DNA of 64,000 nucleotides from Eledone cirrhosa. Its lineage: Eukaryota. Where the stretch lies: assembly GCA_964016885.1 (NCBI GenBank), contig OZ024743.1:311054001-311118000 (forward strand), read 5' to 3'. Positions 12,843 through 29,961 of this stretch are shown one piece after another. The stretch's first letter is position 1. The number at the start of each line of letters is the position of its first letter. The notes under the pieces were generated by a model. That model did not search any database, was not told the origin of the DNA, and saw only the letters and a list, made by a program, of their open reading frames with translations. The translations under genes and the position numbers were made by a program.

Positions 12843-14712
12843 GGATGAAGAAAAATCTTGACCTGGTTACAACATTCTCAAAGGATATAGGAATGGAGTT
12901 TGGCCAAGATAAATGCTCATACATGACTGTAAAGCGGGGAAAAACAACAACCCAATCTAGCAGCATTGTCATCAATGGCCTAACTGTTTCACCGATATCT
13001 GATGAGTACTGCTATAAATAACTGGGGATAGATGAGTACATATCCTATAGTGGTATCTGTAATATAGAACGCGTAATCAGGGAATACTACACCCGATTAA
13101 GAAAGATCTGGCTATCGGAACTCTCTGCGCAAAACAAAACAGTAGCTCACAACGTGTTTGCTGTGCCTGTCCTAATACCAACGTTTGGAAGTCTCAATTG
13201 GACGATAGACGAAATCCGAACAGTTGATGTTGGAACTCGAAAAATACTGAACAACACCGGAAACTTCCACATCAACAGTAACATAGACCACCTTTACTTG
13301 AAACGTAAGCAGGGAGGCAGAGGCCTAACATCAGTCCAGACAACATTTGAATGTCACATCATATCTCTCCGACAACATCTACGAACCTCGAAGCGTAGGA
13401 GCCCGTTTCTCGAGCAAGAATACCTGCATGAAACAGATAAGATCATGAGAGTTGGGAAGTAACTCCTCGAGAGATATTCCCTGTTTTATAATTAAAAACT
13501 CACACCCAGGGATGTCGCTCAGCAATATCGCAGCGAATCCATGGATGAAAAACTGCATGCCTATCAGCAAAAAATGATGCATGGGTATGTTGCCAGGAAA
13601 CTCCAGAGTGTGAGTAATATAGATAAGGAAAGTAGCTTATCTTGGACCAACAACCGCTATATTGGCTCCCACTTTGAAGGATACGCTTTTGCAATCCAGG
13701 GACAGGAGATTAGCACGAAATACGTGATTCACAAAAGAGATAGGGATGCAGGCAAAACACCTAGATGTGACAAAAAGTGCAGACTCTGCAGAACTAACAT
13801 CGAGGATATCACACATGTCATAGGCAGCTGTCCAAAGATGTCATCGCGGTACTATCTACCTATGAGGCATGATGTAGTGGCCAAAACATTGTACAATGCA
13901 GTTCGTAAAAAAGATAGCCCCGATAATAAACACATTAAAAGCTACAGCAATGTGGAAGACATCCATGTACACTATATGAAAGAGTACTAGTCGAATGTTC
14001 CAGTAAAAACCCCAATAAAATGCAGGCATAACAGACCAGATATTATGTTATGGGACTGGGAGAAGAAAGCATGCACAGTAGTGGAAATTAGCTGCCCAGC
14101 AGATGCCAATATAATATCAAGGATTAGTGAAAAGGAGAACATTTATGCAGTACTGATGAGAAATCTGCAGATATTCCACCCTGATTACACCTTCAGATTT
14201 ATGCCTGTGATTATTGGGGCACTGGGATATGTTAGTAACTGCCTCAACACAAATCTTGAGAAGCTAGGCTTCACAGGAACAGAAAGAACACTAGTTAGGA
14301 AATTACAAGTACAATCCATTAATCGAACAGTAAAAATATGTAAAACATTCTAAAGATTTTGTATCTAATAACTGCATATACACATATACAGATGCAAAGC
14401 ATATACACATGAACACATACAACTCAAAACATCCACATACACACATACAATAACATCCACATCTACACATGCATGCATACATACATACCTACCTAGTTCA
14501 TGTTGTGTAAATTCCAATGAGAGAGTCTTGTGTCTATGTTAGAAACCGACTCTCTCTCTCTATTGGTAAAACTTTGTGAAATTATAAAACCAGAAGAACA
14601 TACATATATACATACATACATATATGTATATATATTTATATACACATATATATATATATATACATATATACATTTTGTATATATGTGCGTGTCTATGTGT
14701 GTGGTGGGGGGA

Positions 14713-15050
14713 AGACGCATGGCTTAGTGGTTAAAGCATTGAGCTTGCAATCGCGAAGTTGTGAGTTCGATTCTCGGAACGGGTGATATGCAAGGTAGTT
14801 TACTGCTGAAATGAGTTGCGACGTCACTGGCGCCAAGCTGTACCGGACATTGACTTTCCTTGGACAACATCGGTGGCGTGGAGAGGGGAAACTGGTATGC
14901 ATGAGTGACTGCTGGTCTTCCACAATCAACTTTGCCTGGACTTGTGACACGGAGGGGAACTTTCTAGATACAAATCCCATTGTCATTAGGGGGTCTTTAC
15001 CCATGTATACATATAATCCCATTGTCAGAAGGGGGTCTTTACCCATGTAT
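14713..15050 (+). mobile_element. tRNA-derived SINE
   Basis: A box tggcttagtgg and B box gagttcgattc. Related heads occur at 53452-53570 (+, followed by V-domain-like tccttgagcaagacactt) and ~58335-58425 (-). Confidence 0.65.
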
Positions 15051-15052
15051 AC

Positions 15053-15084
<32 letters not shown>

Positions 15085-15086
<2 letters not shown>

Positions 15087-15472
15087 GTAAAGTTTTATTT
15101 AAATTGTTGGGTTACAACGAGTAAATATTTATAACTGATATAAAAGCACTCAACAAGTATTTGGAGTATATTTACGATATTAAATAAATGGAAACTATAT
15201 TTATAAAACCATATTTATTTCATTATATATATTTCAGGGATATCATATTAAAAATATGTTATGCCTTCTTCAGACAAAATACAATATAAACAGTCTTATA
15301 AATAGATAGATTCGACGTTGAAAGGTATGTCGAATCTATCTATTTATAAGACTGTTTATATTGTATTTTGTCTGAAGAAGGCATAACATATTTTTAATAT
15401 GATATCCCTGAAATATATATAATGAAATAAATATGGTTTTATAAATATAGTTTCCATTTATTTAATATCGTA
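15085..15472. repeat. Near-perfect palindrome, ~145-bp arms (15172-15316 / 15329-15472) with a 12-bp spacer
   Basis: ...aatagatagattcgac gttgaaaggtat gtcgaatctatctatt...; related elements at 51325-51700 and 38095-38170. Confidence 0.95.
15365..15428 (+). ncRNA. Type I hammerhead motif (mirror copy on - at ~15217-15280)
   Basis: attttgt-CTGAAGA-agg..catatt ttt aatatg..cct-GAAA-tatatATA-atgaaat. The homologue at ~51653-51700 has CTGATGA. Confidence 0.65.
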
Positions 15473-15521
15473 TATATATATATATATATATATATACGTA
15501 AGAATATTTTCGAAACATATA

Positions 15522-15609
<88 letters not shown>

Positions 15610-16573
15610 AGAGAGAGAGAGAGAGAGAGATACATATATATATAAAGTAAAAGTGAAAAAGCACAGAGGATGTAAATATATACAAGCCTCTGTAGTTTCC
15701 ATATCCTTCACAAGTCATTGGTCCACCCGAGTTTATAGTAGCCCACGTATACAAGGGGTGGTCACGTAGTGGGACTGGGCCCTAAACCTCATCGTTTTGA
15801 CCCGAGCATTTTAACCACACAGCCATCGCCTATATTGGTTACGTTTGATATGATTCCATCAATGCAGAACAAAATTTGCTTAAATTGAAGACATAAAGAA
15901 ACCTGTACCAGGGAATAAGGCAGTTCAATAATGACATATTAGTATAATGTTAATAATAAATTGTAAAAGAAATTCTTACCGTTTCGGAAGCTAGTCTTTC
16001 ATTGGAAAACAGTGGAGGTGTTTGTGGGATAGAAGAAAAAGGAAAAGGAAGGCAGACGAGATAAAAATCGTCAAGTAGGAGAAAAATAAGAAAATACGTG
16101 TAGATGCTAGTCATGTATGCCAACATAGATACATTCTTTATTGTATATACCCTTGCTTTATAATTACAAATTGTCACTATCGGTGGGTTTTTAATTGGGA
16201 GTTTTGCCACTTAATTTCATATCATACACGGTTGAAGACCAGAAATTCGCCACGGACGGTCATCAGTGAAGGCGTAGGACAGACAATCAAAAACACCCGG
16301 ATCATGACGTCGAAGGAACTGTCTGGATTTTATTTCGTCCGAGCAAATCCTTTGGCTTTTACAGCTGAACAAAAAGAAATGGATTTACAATTAACAAAGA
16401 CTTTCACAATATTTGGTATATGTTAATAAAAAGATTTTCAATCGTAAGAAATCATGAGGATGAAACAGTTCTTGTCCTGTATAAGTCATTTCTATAAGAT
16501 TCTTATACTCTAACATATTGAGTATATTTATTAACTGTGGCCACCGCTCGATATACATTGGAAATCCATATGT

Positions 16574-16626
<53 letters not shown>

Positions 16627-16639
16627 TATATATATATAT

Positions 16640-19600
16640 ATTTAGGGATAGGATTATCCTAGATGCAGTAATAGTTAATTACTACACTGGATATCGTTGA
16701 CGTACGGTGAGAGTTTACTCAACGAGTTATGGAAGAATTGTTGGAGAAACTTAGTTCCTGATCCTTCTGTATTCCGGAGTGTAGATAAAGAATGAATAAT
16801 AACAGGTAGACATCATAAAAAGATAATTTATTCCGTGTGCTTACAAATGTTTCCACGGTGGTTATACAACCTAGTTAGGCTATGTGCAAATTTACAACTA
16901 TTTGCAAAACTCAAATATCAAATGCTGTGACCACTGTATCATCGGAGCAGAATGGTTAAAATGTACAATGTAAATACCCTTAAGTGAGGTTATTGGAGAA
17001 GATAGAGTAGAAAAGGAAGAGAGAAAATCTCAGAGTCAGACGATAGGCGAGAGATTCTAAGAGAAATACTACGGGGAACCGATTTGATCATGGAAAGTGG
17101 GTGGTTTGAGTTAAAATTGATATACGTAAGGTTCTCATTTAACTTGTGGAAGGGTCGTATCAGTCCGGTATTTAAATTAAGAGTTACGTCTAGAAAATTT
17201 ACTACTTTAAGATTGTTAAGATTGTATTCGTATGTTATTTTTAGACCCAGTTCACTAAAAGATTTTCTAATATTTTTCCGTAGCCTTTCAAGATTTTGGT
17301 TATTTTAGTTATTAACTAATAAGAGCCCGTCATCTCTGTATATCCCCCCCCCCCCCCTGTAGATTACTAAATTTACTATGTAGTATGTGGGCTATGTAAA
17401 TTCCCACAAGATCCGTGACCTCCGCTGAGTCGTTGGAACCCATGGTAATGTCGAAGTTGTGGGTCTGTCCTTACGTTCCCAGTAGCAGTTATCAAACTTG
17501 ATAATAGTTTTTCTAGCCAGTTTGATAACTGCTACTGGGAACGTAAGGACAGACCCACAAGTTTCGACATTACCATGGGTTCCAACGACTCAGCGGAGGT
17601 CACGGGTCTTGTGGGAATTTACATAGCCCACATACTACATAGTAAATTTAGTAATATACTCGGGGGGGGGGTATACAGAGATGACGGGCTCTTATTAGTT
17701 AATAACTTAAATAACCAAAATCTTGAAAGGCTACGGAAAAATATTAGAAAATCTTTTAGTGAACTGGGTCTAAAAATAACATACGAATACAATCTTAACA
17801 ATCTTAAAGTAGTAAATTTTCTAGACGTAACTCTTAATTTAAATACCGGACTGATACGACCCTTCCACAAGATAAATGAGAACCTTACGTATATCAATTT
17901 TAACTCAAACCACCCACTTTCCATGATCAAATCGGTTCCCTGTAGTATTTCTCTTAGAATCTCTCGCCTATCGTCTGACTCTGAGATTTTTAATGAACAC
18001 GCTGAATACTATAATAATGCATTAAGGAATGCCGACCACCGGGATACAATAGAATACATTGATAAGAATCTCCATAACACACATAGCTCTACACGAAATC
18101 AAGGAATACGTAACCGGGGGACTAAAATACAAGCGCACACACGCAGTACCACCAGACATACTAATAATAGAAAATCACCACCAAATAAATCACGTTGTAG
18201 AAAGTATATCTGGTATAATCCTATTTTAATGCCTCGATTAGTACAAAACTATCTCTTTCATTCTTTAAGTTAATCAACAAGCATTTCCCTAGTTCCCATA
18301 AATACAGTAAAATTCTGAACTCTAAAACTATTAGATTATCATACTCCACGGCACCAAACCTTGAGGCATACATAAAAAAACTTAACTTAAAGCAATTAAA
18401 CAACACTATAAAACAAAATATTTTGGTAACAGATGGGCAGAACGTAATATCTGCCTCCCAACCACTAAATGGGAGACGGGTATTACACAACCCACCTGTA
18501 CTGCTATCACAACCTATCCATGGTATACCCGCTACCCACAACAAAAACTGTAACTGCCATCTACCTGAAAGATGTCCATTGAAGAATGAATGCCTAAAGT
18601 CCAACATTGTTTACCAATGCACGGTTGAATCGAACGAGCAGAAATGGTATTACATCGGGTCTACCACCACCTCGTTTAAATCTCGCTGGTACCGTCATCG
18701 ATTCTCAATTAAACATCCTGATCACCGTTTTGTGACCACGCTCGCCAACAAGGCCTGGCAACTCCGTGAACGCAACCAACAGTTCACCTTAAAATAGGAT
18801 ATACTTTCCAGCGCAAATGCATATCGGAGTGGATTAAAGTACTGTAGGTTATGTAACCTTGAACTCTTTTACATCTTAAAATCCAAAAATAAACTACTTA
18901 ACGATAGAATCGAACGATCATTGAACTGCAACTACAAACTAAAAGCTAAATTCTCTCACTATAAAATAACTTAACATTCGAACCCGTAACTATAACATCG
19001 CTTTCTAGCTAACCACCTTCTCTTCCCCCACATTACAAGACAATACCCTGCCTATCACTATAAATGGTAACTTAGTGCAATTCGCAGATTACTACTACGA
19101 ACCCAAAGTTCACCCACCCCATAGCTTTCGTCTGACCCCTCTCTATCTCTCCCTCTATATCCATTCCACTCTCTCTCTCTCTCGCCTTTGGCCTACCTCC
19201 GTCCCTCTCCACGTCTATGAACCTGCTCTCTGGGGCAATAAATAATTCCAACCTTGACTATCAACGCATCGCTTAAGGTGGTCGCTCTAAGCGTAACCAG
19301 TATAATAAAACCCCTACCATAACATTTTGATTAAGATATCTACAAACCACCCTCTCCTATTTCCCCAACCCCTGCATATCTTTCTCTCTCTTCCTCTCCC
19401 CTACTTTTCTCTCTTCCTTTTCTACTCTATCTTCTCCAACAACCCCACTTAAGGGTATTTACATTGTACATTTTAACCATTCTGCTCCGATGATAAAGTG
19501 GTCACAGCATTTGATATTTGAGTTTTGCAAATAGTTGTAAATTTGCACATAGCCTAACTAGGTTGTATAACCACCGTGGAAACATTTGTAAGCACACGGA

Positions 19601-19641
19601 ATAAATTACCTTTTTATGATGTCTACCTGTTATTATTCATT

Positions 19642-19645
<4 letters not shown>
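16640..19645 (+). mobile_element. 5'-truncated PLE (RT 17575-18273, GIY-YIG to ~18975, pseudo-LTR) with an inverted, internally deleted copy at 16640-17498
   Basis: MGSNDSAEV..VYRDDGL..VNFLDVTL..YINFNSNHP..CNC..CPLKNEC..IVYQC..YYIGST. Inversion centre 17499-17518; (TA)n on both sides. Confidence 0.93.
19483..19594 (+). ncRNA. Type I hammerhead motif with long helix II (second copy 16838-16949, -)
   Basis: tgct-CCGATGA-ta(a/c)agtggt...accaccgtg-GAAA-cattt GTA-agca; U4C core in both copies. Confidence 0.65.
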
Positions 19646-19690
<45 letters not shown>

Positions 19691-19696
19691 CATTTT

Positions 19697-19822
19697 TGGC
19701 ACTCAGTCAGTCACGACGATGAGAGTGTCAGTTCATGCGATGAACGGAACTAACTGTTTGTGAAATTAACGTGCAAGTGGTGGCGCATTCCACAGACACG
19801 AGGAACCTTAACGTAGTTCTCT
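19697..19822 (+). mobile_element. Fragment of an abundant octopus-type SINE
   Basis: ggcactc..cgacgatgag..gtgaaattaacgtgcaagtgg..ccacagacacg..ccttaacgtagttctc, recognised from memory. Confidence 0.45.
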
Positions 19823-22617
19823 GACCTCCTCCGTGAAATCGGAATGACAGTAGTCCGTCTTAGGAAGGAGGCTTGCGAGCTGGGTGGTAGTTACATCAGG
19901 TGTCACTGGCCATTATTGGCGGAAGTGCCTTTGCCATTTTGTCTGCGGGGCGCAGTTGAAACACAGCTCTGGGCTAGGTGTAGAATGCCACCCTCAGGCC
20001 TACCCTCTTTCTTTCTTCCGTTGCCTAATAGTCCCCGCGCTTTACCTCCTTTTCCTCTCACTTGTGGCATTTATTGTCCTTTCCAGTACTACTTTATTTT
20101 TCTAAATGTTTAACTAAATATTAAATTCTTTATTATTTTTATATAATTTTATACTAGAAATATATTTTAGTAATTTGAAATGAAATAATGAGAAAGTAAA
20201 AACAAAATTCGTATGCCAATAATATATATATGTGTGTGTGTGTATGTGTGTGCAATATCTACATAATATAATATATATACATATAATATAATGTATATAT
20301 AGTGAGAGAGAGAGTGGGGAAAGTGACGGAGTTCAATCAAAATAGCTCGGCTTCTTGGCAGTGAAGTCGTAAGTTTTGTTCTCAAGAGAATATAATTAAT
20401 TTACTCTGTTTCATTTATATACTACAAGTAGAGAACACAAGGAATATAATAGATTCATAAATGTGCCAAGCGTTATATAAATGATTGTATAGCATAGAAG
20501 TGCGCTACATTACCGTCAGCAAATCCTCTAACAGATCTAAAGTATTACACCAATTCTTACTTCTTTTCAAGGTCTATTCATACACTAATTACCTCCAAAT
20601 TCACTCATCCTCTATTCCATTATCGGAGTCATTTATTAATTATCTCCAACTAGATGTAATTGGTATTACTTGAAATGGAGATGTCAATGAAACGGTGGTA
20701 ATTTCAATATAATACGGTAAAGTTCGAAAGACGGCGCCCCGCTTGAGGAAGGAGCCCCTTGAAGGGGGATAGCTGTTGCAGCAGGTGTCTCAATAATATG
20801 GTAAAGATGGAAAGACAGCGACTCACTTGCAAAATCAAGACCTCCAATTTCAGATAAATGATATAGTTGCTTAAGTTGACATTAGTACTTCACTAATACT
20901 TCAATATATAAACCCCAAAAGTATCAAAGGTAAAGTTTACTCAAATACGACCTCAACCAAACTGGAACTGAAAATGTAAAATGCCATAACTAAAAACTTT
21001 GTTAGTTAACTTATGCACAAGACCAGCAATTTGGGAGGAAAGAGAAATTGATCAAATCGACCTCAATACTTAATTGGTACTTTATTTGTTGACATCGGAA
21101 GGATAAAAAGCAAGATTGACCTTCGTGGGATTTAAACTCTGAATATAAAGAATTGGAACAAATATCACAAATAATATTTCATGCCACTCCACCACGTTAC
21201 TAATTTGGGCACAAGGCTAACATTTAGGGAGAGGGAAAAGGTCGGATAAATCAACCTCTGTACTTCACTTACCCATTATTTTATCAAATTTGGACGTATG
21301 AAAAGTAAAGTTAGCCTAGGCGGGATTTAAACTTAGTACATAAAGAACCGGAACAAATACCGCAAGGTATTTTTTTCTCCGATGCCTGTTCATCAACTTT
21401 TGTCATTGTATTTACTATTTACCTTTACCGAAAATGGATACCTCGGTCATATATGCTGACCTGGACTTTCTCTATATACTAAACATTGACTGGTCGTTTA
21501 TACTTTGTGTTTCTTGCTGTCGAAACATCTGGTGTCCTTGGACAGTCGTTTTCTTCATCAAATTGGGCGAAGGACATCGGGCATGGCAGAGGGACATGGT
21601 AAGGTGGAATGGCTGATGTAGCGGGTATTGTAGGCTATTTGCCGCAGCAATGCTTTCGCCATCTCAGCTAAGTGTGTAGAGTTTGTCCCTTACTACATTT
21701 CTCCTTTCATTTTTATTTAATTTCCTTTCCCTCTCCCCGACTTCTTTTCTCTCTTTTTGTTTGTAAATATGTACAACATATCTATATGAAATATATTTCA
21801 AAGTCTTATGTTACTGAGGTATATTTAATGCCTAAATTTTCTGGCGTTTTTCTAAATTTTCTTATAAACGCTATATTGCATTTTCGAGTATTAAATTTAT
21901 TCATTAATTTTTTGTTTTTTTTGTTTTTTAAGTTAAAATATAACTGAAGTAAACCAGTCAGTAGCACAGATACAAAGCTATTATCGACGATGATATTGTT
22001 TAAATATGCTTGGAACACACATTAAAAAATGACAAGAATGTAGTTAAAATGATATATAAAGGAATCTTGTTTATCCTAAATAAAACGTGTAAAATATTGT
22101 CCAACATCGCTATTCATCTTGTAGGTTTTATGCTATAACTTTTGTATAGAGTAAATTCTTATATTCACTATGCTTTTAACAACGACGTGAGTTTTTTTGC
22201 GAGTTGTTTTAATGTTTGTTATGCTCAGGATTGACGCTCGGATATTCAATACCCTAGGCTAACCCTGTATTTTGCCAAACAGAGTAATTTCAACTGAAAG
22301 TTTAGCAAGCTGATAAATAAAGCTTGTTGTTTTGTTTTTTTTTGTTTTTTGTTGTTGTTGTTTTTTGTTGTTTTTTACATTTCTCGCTCTGATCACACTG
22401 AAAACAATTACAGAGCCTGTATTTTCTACTACACAGTCCACAATCAGCCACACAAAAGTATGGTACTGTTCCTAATATCACACAACTCTCTCATTCTCTT
22501 TGAAAATTTCCACAACGCTGCTACGTGGTAAATATGCTTAGAAGTTCATCAATTGGTTAAGAAGACTATTAAATATCTATACAGTTTTGTATAAAACTGT
22601 GATCCTTTAAGGTTCAT

Positions 22618-23565
22618 TAATTGTTTCTATTTTTGGCACAAGGCCAGCAGTTATTCCAGTGCATTACTGGTACTTTATTTTATCGACCCCGTAAGGATGA
22701 AAGGCAAAGTTAACCTCGGCGAGATTTTAACTCAGAATGGAAAGGGCCGTAACTCTATGCTGCAAAGCATGGCGTCCAACCATCTACTGATACTGCCAAT
22801 CCACCGCCTTTAAGGTTCATTAATGCGCCTCTCTGAGGTCTGCGCACAAGTTGGCTGCTGAGTTGGTTTCAATGGTAACATCGACCTTTTGTACCGTCTA
22901 TAATTAATGATGCGATTATCTACACACTAGACGGTGGTGGATGGGCAGTATCCGTAGAACGTCGGGAAACATGCTTTGCATCATAGAGTTATGGCCCTTT
23001 AGGTTCTGAATTCAAATCCCACTGATGTTAGCTTTGATTCTCATCCTAACACACTCGATAAAATAAAGGACCAGTAATGCACTAATGTCAATTTAATCAA
23101 CTTTCCCCGTCCCCAAAATTGTTGGCCTTGTGCCTAAATCAGAAACCATTATTTACTCACTAAGGGCGGTGGATTGGCAGTATCGGTAGAGGGTCGGACG
23201 CCATGCTTTCCAGCATAGTTACGCCCCTTTACGATCTGAGTTCAAATCCCGCCGAGGTTGACTTTGCCTTTCATCCTTACGGGGTAGATAAAATAAAGTA
23301 CCAGTAATGCACTGGGTAATTGCTGGCTTTGTGCCTAAAGTAGAAACAATTATTTACTCACTAGTGTGCAGGTGATTGGCAGTATCGGTAGAGGGCCGGA
23401 CGCCATGCTTTGACGCATAGAGTTACATCCCTTGCCATTCTGAGTTCAAATCCCGCCGAGGTTAACTTTGCTTATCATCCTTACGGGGTCGATAAAATAA
23501 AGTACCAGTAATGCACTGGGTAATTGTTGGCCTTGTGCCAAAAGTAGAAACAATTATTTACTCAC
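22618..23565. mobile_element. Cluster of four tRNA-derived SINEs with a Meta-like central domain (22618-22810 -, 22930-23150 +, 23163-23350 +, 23370-23565 +)
   Basis: A box tggcagtatcgg, B box gagttcaaatcc, core gaggttgactttgcctttcatccttacggggtcgataaaataaagtaccag. Further copies at ~21015-21370 (degenerate), 27173-27358, 28152-28306, 51908-52097, 52941-53124 and 53744-53908. Confidence 0.85.
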
Positions 23566-23822
23566 TACTGAATTTCATGGTTTGCCGTTAAGTAACACTG
23601 AAATGGCAGGCCATCCCCGAAACAAATCTATCGTCTATTCGCTGTTTGTGGTTATTGTAATCATGCTATGTTATATAACTAATTTTGCAGTCCACACCTG
23701 TTGATATTCCTCAATGTTGCACCATAATACGATGATGAAACTGGACCATTAAAATACATATAACAATTTCACAAAACTAAAATTATAAAGGGTGTTTCGA
23801 TCCGGCCGGCTATTCTTTATAC

Positions 23823-23866
<44 letters not shown>

Positions 23867-24137
23867 CATATATAATATACATATATATGTATATACATAT
23901 ATAATATATATAAATATATATATATATGTATATACATATATAATATATATATGTATATAAATATATAATATATATATGTGAATATACATATATAATAATA
24001 TATATATATATATATATATGCATATACATATATAACATATATATATATGAATATACATATAGAATAATATATATATATATATGTATATACATATATAATA
24101 ATATATATATATGTATATACATATATATATTTATATA

Positions 24138-24206
<69 letters not shown>

Positions 24207-24231
24207 GTATATACATATATAATTATATATA

Positions 24232-27166
<2,935 letters not shown>

Positions 27167-27404
27167 CATATATAATTGTTTCTACTTTTGGCAGAAGGCC
27201 AGCAATTATTTCAGTGTATTACTGGTACTTTATTTTATCGACCCGTAAGGATGGAAGGCAAAGTTAATCACGGCGGGACTTGAACTCAGACCATAAAGAG
27301 CCGTAACTCTTTGCTGCAAAGCATGGCGACCGACCTTCTACCGATACTGCCAATCCACATATATAATGATATATATCTATATATATAATGATATATATAT
27401 ATAT

Positions 27405-27950
27405 ATTGTTATACTTTGGGGGGGTCATGTTGCCAATAAGAAACACACGCACCAGTTGCTTTCACTTCAATTTATTATATATTTATAAATTTACAAATCT
27501 TCAAACTTATAAATTTCTGGTTGGTTGGTTGGTGCCACAACCAGATAGTTGTTTATATATAGTCATAGTCCTTTCGTCACAATTTTGATTGGTGCGGTAG
27601 AGGTCATGTGAATAAAAAATTGGTTTTGTGCCAAGATTGAGAAATGACTCTTTCACAACAAATATGTGTGTGTGTGTGTGTGTGTGTGTAGTAGTAGTAA
27701 GGTGTTCGATGTTGTGATAATGGTTAGCAGGGACCTCTACCGACCAATCAAAATTGTTTTGACCACAAGAATTTTTGCAAACACCAAGTAGCGCTGGAGA
27801 CACTTTTTTAACATAAAAACAGTCTTGGCGCAAAATCAATTTTTTACATTCACATGACCTCTACCGACCAATCAAAATTGTTTTGACCACAAGAATTTTT
27901 GCAACACCAAAGTAACGCTGGAGCCACTTTTTTAACATAAAAACAGGTAG
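27405..27950. repeat. Pseudo-LTR fragment followed by a short inverted plus tandem repeat
   Basis: 27405-27580 matches 46530-46690. gacctctaccgaccaatcaaaattgttttgaccacaag is repeated at 27732 and 27856, with a reverse copy at ~27580-27620. Confidence 0.75.
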
Positions 27951-28425
27951 AATTCCCAAAACTAATCAGATCAGAGCAAACAGCACGGACACTCTATCTC
28001 AAAATTATTTTTGAAAAGCATTTAGAAATGCGCAACCGGTAAAAACTTAAAAACTTAAAACCACAACTGAATACTAACCCATACAATCACTAATACTCTT
28101 TTATTCCTAATTAAACCATTTTTCAACTGTGAACAATTTGTCAGCATTTTCATGCCAGACTTTGCAGCATAGTTATGTCCCTTTACGGTGTGAGTTCAAA
28201 TCCCGCCGAGGTTAACTTTGACTTTCATCCTTACGGGGTCGATAAAATAAAGTAACAGTATAGTACTGGGTAATTGCTGGCCTTGTGTCAAAAGAAGAAA
28301 CAATTATATATGTGTATATATATACACATATATATGTACATATATATATATACAGAAAATACAATATGTTGAAAAGGTAACACACCAGAGAGAGATATAC
28401 AGCCTATGGGTCCGCTAATTTATCG

Positions 28426-28476
<51 letters not shown>

Positions 28477-28478
28477 TA

Positions 28479-28540
<62 letters not shown>

Positions 28541-28542
28541 TA

Positions 28543-28627
<85 letters not shown>

Positions 28628-28639
28628 GTATATATATAT

Positions 28640-29712
<1,073 letters not shown>

Positions 29713-29961
29713 GATAGATTTATATATATACATATATATATATATACATATATATACATACAAATAAGTAACAGCCGTACTATGAGTGGGAAATTAAATT
29801 TCGTTTCATTTTTTCCGTATATACATATATATATATATATATATCTACATATATATATATATATATATATACATATATATATACATATATATATACATAT
29901 ATATACATACATATATATATACATATATATATACATATATATATATACATATATATATATA

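Larger units (their letters stand above)
8111..14353 (+). pseudogene. Decayed R4/Dong-like non-LTR retrotransposon ORF (RT, CCHC finger, restriction-like endonuclease), interrupted at 10068-12846
   Basis: ORF pieces carry KTPGRD, NYRPIAC, WLDYRKAF.SVPH, HNLFVDDLKL, LYLKRKQGGRGL, CRLC..EDITHVIGSC, RHD, RPDI..VVEISCP. Multiple stops and frameshifts; a CA/TACA-rich tail follows at ~14375-14490. Confidence 0.9.

Noticed and set aside
21428-21672. GC-richer island that looks like a minus-strand exon (ag...gtaaag)
   Set aside because: All three frames contain stops between the candidate splice sites, and no recognisable protein.
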